The position numbers and the translations under genes were made by a program. 64,000 bases of DNA, taken from Prevotellaceae bacterium. GTDB taxonomy: Bacteria > Bacteroidota > Bacteroidia > Bacteroidales > Bacteroidaceae. Where the stretch lies: contig JAISIN010000096.1 of the NCBI GenBank assembly GCA_031262085.1, forward strand, positions 2,471 through 66,470. Direction: 5' to 3'. The notes under the pieces are model-generated. The model saw only the letters and a list, made by a program, of their open reading frames with translations. It was not told the DNA's origin and made no database searches. Below, one piece after another: positions 60,576-64,000 of this stretch (position 1 is its first letter; every line of letters begins with the position of its first letter).

Positions 60576-61868
60576 ATGCAAGAAACCGAACGAAAACAGA
60601 TTATCGCGCTCATCAAGCGCGAAGTGGTACCGGCCATCGGCTGTACCGAACCGATGGCGGTTGCCCTCTGCACCGCCCGTGCGTGCGAAGCTTTAGGCAC
60701 GCCCCCCGAACAAATCGAAGTATGGCTCAGCGCCAACATCCTGAAGAACGCCATGGGCGTGGGCATCCCCGGCACGGGCGGTATGATCGGTCTGCCCATC
60801 GCCGTCGCATTGGGTGCCCTCGTCGGCAAGTCGGAGTATCAACTCGAAGTGCTACGCGACACCACCCCCGAAGCTGTCGAAGCAGGTAAGAAGCTCATCG
60901 ACACCCGCGCCATCCGCATCGCCCTGAAAGAGGGCATTACCGAGAAGCTCTATATCGAGGTTGTCTGCCGCGCCGACAGACACGACGCCCGCGCCATCAT
61001 CAGCGGCGGACACACCACCTTTATATATATAGCCCGCGACGGTGAAGTCTTGCTCGACAAGCAGTCCACCGCCACCGCCGCCAACCCCTCCGACGAACCC
61101 GCGCTCACCCTGCGCCGCGTCTACGACTTTGCCACCACCGCCCCCCTCGACGAGATCGCTTTCATCCTCGAAGCCCGCCGCCTGAACAAAGCCGCCGCCG
61201 AACGCTCGCTCGCCGACGGTCACTACGGTCATGCCCTCGGCAACACCCTTGCCCGCATACAGGGCACGAGCGGCAACAGCACCAACAGCAGCTTCCTCCA
61301 CATCCTCTCCTACACCTCCGCCGCCTGCGATGCCCGCATGGCAGGCGCCCCCTTCCCTGTGATGAGCAACTCGGGCAGCGGCAACCAAGGCATCTCTGCC
61401 ACCCTGCCCGTCGTCGTCTACGCCGAAGACCACGGCGCCACCGAGGAGCAGCTCACCCGCGCCCTCATCCTAAGCCACCTCACCGCCATCTACATCAAGC
61501 AGCACATGGGACGCCTCTCGGCGCTCTGCGGCTGTGTCGTAGCCGCCACCGGCAGCAGTTGCGGCATCACCTACCTCATGGGCGGCGACTACCGCCAAAT
61601 CTCCTTCGCCGCCCAAAACATGATTGCCAACCTCACCGGCATGATCTGCGACGGCGCCAAGCCCGGCTGCGCCCTCAAAGTGAGCAGCGGCGTCTCCACC
61701 GCCATGCTCTCTGCCATGCTCGCCATGGAGCAGAAGAGCGTCACCTCCGTCGAAGGCATCATCGAAGACAACGTCGACCTGAGCATCCGCAACCTCGCCC
61801 GCATCGGCTCCGAAGGCATGAACGAAACCGACCGTATGGTGCTGGGGATGATGACGAATAAGGAGTGA
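60576..61868 (+). CDS. Serine-dehydratase alpha family / YhaM-like L-cysteine desulfidase
   Basis: PAIGCTEP, KNAMGVGIPG, MSNSGSGNQG, LSALCG and GMICDGAKPGCALK. Confidence 0.88.
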   Translation: MQETERKQIIALIKREVVPAIGCTEPMAVALCTARACEALGTPPEQIEVWLSANILKNAMGVGIPGTGGMIGLPIAVALGALVGKSEYQLEVLRDTTPEAVEAGKKLIDTRAIRIALKEGITEKLYIEVVCRADRHDARAIISGGHTTFIYIARDGEVLLDKQSTATAANPSDEPALTLRRVYDFATTAPLDEIAFILEARRLNKAAAERSLADGHYGHALGNTLARIQGTSGNSTNSSFLHILSYTSAACDARMAGAPFPVMSNSGSGNQGISATLPVVVYAEDHGATEEQLTRALILSHLTAIYIKQHMGRLSALCGCVVAATGSSCGITYLMGGDYRQISFAAQNMIANLTGMICDGAKPGCALKVSSGVSTAMLSAMLAMEQKSVTSVEGIIEDNVDLSIRNLARIGSEGMNETDRMVLGMMTNKE

Positions 61869-61892
61869 TGCAGTTGCCCTGAAACTGAAACA

Positions 61893-63224
61893 TCACAGAA
61901 ACATCGTCATATATACAGGAAGATACAGTACCTCCTCTTCCTTACGCATATCTTTTGTGTAAACGATATACTTGTTTTTTATTCGCGAAGAGAACTTTCG
62001 GCAAAAGGCATCCATCGAAGCATGTGCCTTGTATGCCGACGATTTGACTTCAATCGGGCTGACCTTGTCGCCATCGGCAATGAGAAAATCTATCTCATAG
62101 TTGTGCTTGCCGCTGTCGGTGGGGAAGGTGTAGTAGTAAAGCTCATGACCGGCAGCTTTCAGCATCTGCGCCACCATGTTTTCATAAACATATCCGAGGT
62201 CGGCACTCAATTTGTCGCCGAGCAACTTCTCGTAAATGATGTTGTCCGTGAACGTCTTATCCCAAAAAGCGAGCGTAACAAACAGTCCGGTGTCGCCAAC
62301 ATACATTTTATAGCGTTCAGGGGCATGATGCAACGCCATGCCTGCGCTCGGGTCGTTTGCGTGGTGTGCCATGTTGATGACCATCGACTCCCGCATCTCC
62401 GCAATGGTTTCGGACAAACCACCGGAGCGTGCTCCGTTCGTCGCGCTCCACGTCAGGTATCTACCGGCATTACGATTAAGCTCTGCCGGTATCCGGTGAA
62501 ACAGTTTGGAAGCATTTCCCGTCGGATCTATCCGGTTGAAGTCCTTTTCATAAAGGCTGATAATCGTCCGTTTCACTCGGTCTACTTTTTCCATGTTGTT
62601 GGTCTCTATATAGGCGAAAACCGACTGCGGCATTCCTCCAACAAGCATATACAGACGGAAGTCGCGCATCAGAGAGCGGTTGGCAGCATCGCCCAGCGAT
62701 CTCTTTCCGGCGAAGCACCGCGCAAGAATAGGCACGGATACGGAATCGCCTAAAGCCCATTTAAACTCCTCGTAATCCATCGGATACATATTGACCTCCA
62801 CCTCTTCACTCGGAATAAGGATGCCTTCTATGTTCTTTCGGATAGATATAAGCGAGCCGGTTTCAATATAGTCATACCGATGGTCTTTCACCAAGTACTT
62901 TATGGCCTGCCTCGCCTTGGGAGCTTGCTGCACCTCGTCGAAGATAATCACAGACTTGCGCTCTTTCAATTCCACCCCGTAAATCATCTGCAACCGCATG
63001 AATATGAAATTCAGATTAGATACATCGTTGAAAAGGGCGCGCACTTCATCCGAACTTTCGGCAAAGTCAATCAGTATGTAAGTCTCATACTCATTCTTGG
63101 CAAACGCTTCGGCAATGGTAGATTTACCTACACGACGGGCACCTTTTATCAGGATGGCAGTGCGTCCGTCATCCTCCTGTTTCCATCGTCGCAGTTCCTC
63201 ATATATTTTCCGTTTGAAAATCAT
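61893..63224 (-). CDS. AAA_14 ATPase with C-terminal DUF4143 (PD-(D/E)xK-like) domain
   Basis: GARRVGKST, IFDEVQ, ETGS, YPMDYEEF, LVGGMP, DTGL, YENMVAQ and EIDFL...IEVKS; TACTTTTG box at 63250-63257. Confidence 0.9.
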   Translation of the reverse strand: MIFKRKIYEELRRWKQEDDGRTAILIKGARRVGKSTIAEAFAKNEYETYILIDFAESSDEVRALFNDVSNLNFIFMRLQMIYGVELKERKSVIIFDEVQQAPKARQAIKYLVKDHRYDYIETGSLISIRKNIEGILIPSEEVEVNMYPMDYEEFKWALGDSVSVPILARCFAGKRSLGDAANRSLMRDFRLYMLVGGMPQSVFAYIETNNMEKVDRVKRTIISLYEKDFNRIDPTGNASKLFHRIPAELNRNAGRYLTWSATNGARSGGLSETIAEMRESMVINMAHHANDPSAGMALHHAPERYKMYVGDTGLFVTLAFWDKTFTDNIIYEKLLGDKLSADLGYVYENMVAQMLKAAGHELYYYTFPTDSGKHNYEIDFLIADGDKVSPIEVKSSAYKAHASMDAFCRKFSSRIKNKYIVYTKDMRKEEEVLYLPVYMTMFL

Positions 63225-63267
63225 CTGTCATTATATGGGTTATCAGGCGCAAAAGTAATGATAGATA

Positions 63268-63351
63268 CACGATTCTCAAAATCTTTATCCGCTAAATACG
63301 CACGATTCTCAAAATCTTTATCGTTCCAAACGACACGATTCTCAAAATCCT
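63268..63351. repeat. Three direct repeats with an exact 33-bp period
   Basis: CACGATTCTCAAAATC(TTTATC) starting at 63268, 63301 and 63334; spacers CGCTAAATACG and GTTCCAAACGA. Confidence 0.9.
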
Positions 63352-63418
63352 ACTAAATAGGAGACGCGACAGTTCCTCAAAGTTACGCGATTTATGCGGG
63401 TAATCTTTGTAGATAGGA

Positions 63419-63653
63419 ATAAAAGATAGGTTTTTCAGGTTACGAGCAGTCGGCACTTTTTAGACCGCTCGTTCGGCACTTTTTAGACCGCTCGCTCGGC
63501 ACTTTTTAGACCGCTCGCTCGGCAACTTTTAGACCGCTCGCTCGGCAACTTTTAGACCGCCCGTTCGGCACTTTTTAGACCGCTCGTTCGGCACTTTTTA
63601 GACTGAACTTATCAAAGAAGACGGAGCGTTAGTTTGTCGCTCCGTCTTTTTTT
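63419..63653 (+). repeat. Copy 3 (complete) of the 23-bp-unit element: leader, 1 partial + 6 full units, hairpin, T7
   Basis: Leader ATAAAAGATAGGTTTTTCAGGTTACGAGCAG; units 63450(partial)-63603; tail TGAACTTATCAAAGAA-GACGGAGCG-ttagtttgt-CGCTCCGTC-TTTTTTT. Confidence 0.95.
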
Positions 63654-63723
63654 GGTACAAAGTACTCACAGAACGGAGTAGAAGTACACGGTCGGAGTCG
63701 CTTAGGCAGATACCCCTTTTTTT

Positions 63724-63754
63724 AAAAAAAAAAATCGACCGCCTTCGGCGGTCG
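63724..63754 (-). terminator. GC hairpin (8-bp stem, GAA loop) plus U-tract after the FGE-domain gene
   Basis: Minus strand CGACCGCC-GAA-GGCGGTCG-A followed by a long T run. Confidence 0.7.
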
Positions 63755-63843
63755 GGAATACTCGCCTGCCCTTTTGCTCGCGCTTCGCCTTTAGGCAGGC
63801 TCGCCAGACAGCTTAAAACAAAGACAGAAGTCAACGCAGTAAA

Positions 63844-64000
63844 CTAAAGGGGCGCGGATGCGACTACCCGGAACCCGTAGCGGTAGTCGTGGCTGCCGGG
63901 GCCGTGACGGTTGCGATAGGCAGAGCGGCAATTCCGGGCGCTGCTGTCCCAGCAGCCGCCGCGAAGCACGCGGTAAGAACCCCACGAAGAACCTGAAGGA
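63844..64000 (-). CDS. C-terminal end of a formylglycine-generating-enzyme (FGE-sulfatase/SUMF1) domain protein (partial)
   Basis: Not in the ORF track. Manual translation: ...PSGSSWGSYRVLRGGCWDSSARNCRSAYRNRHGPGSHDYRYGFRVVASAPL*, matching RVxRGGxW...CRxxxR...GFRV. Confidence 0.85.
   Translation of the reverse strand, partial: PSGSSWGSYRVLRGGCWDSSARNCRSAYRNRHGPGSHDYRYGFRVVASAPL

Noticed and set aside
63268-63351. CRISPR mini-array interpretation of the 33-bp-period repeats
   Set aside because: The spacers are only 11 bp, the repeats overlap a promoter, and there are no cas genes.
63598-63985. ORFs 63598-63834 and 63791-63985 from the track
   Set aside because: The first is read through repeats and terminators; the second is a wrong frame of the FGE-domain gene end.

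Overview
Chromosomal segment of a Bacteroidales bacterium (TAnnTTTG -7 promoter boxes, no Shine-Dalgarno signals, Bacteroides/Prevotella-like ClpP, MutL and GroEL). 1-11.0 kb is the 5' part of a minus-strand Wzx-type capsular/exopolysaccharide locus: WecA-Wza fusion, Wzc, three GT2, Wzx, two GT8 and a truncated PIG-L deacetylase. Upstream (11.0-12.1 kb) is a complex control region. It has a 196-bp promoter segment between perfect 32-bp inverted repeats, currently pointing away from the operon (OFF), plus flanking ~40-bp direct repeats and a 23-bp tandem-repeat element that occurs three times in the window. The rest is mostly housekeeping (mlaEF, lptB, GH51, ompA, mutL, surA, guaB, recQ, clpXP, tig, map, ltaE, groESL). 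Accessory modules include a Septu-like ATPase+HNH pair inserted in the mla operon, a TolC/adaptor pair, two TonB-dependent receptor modules, an inositol-phosphate/inositol-lipid cluster containing an ATP-grasp protein with ITPK1-like motifs, and an AAA/DUF4143 ATPase with a 33-bp-period operator-like array. The 3' tip of an FGE-sulfatase-domain gene resembling a DGR variable region sits at the right edge. No rRNA, tRNA, CRISPR array, transposase, integrase or reverse transcriptase was recognised. All family assignments come from motifs read by eye; no database searches were run.
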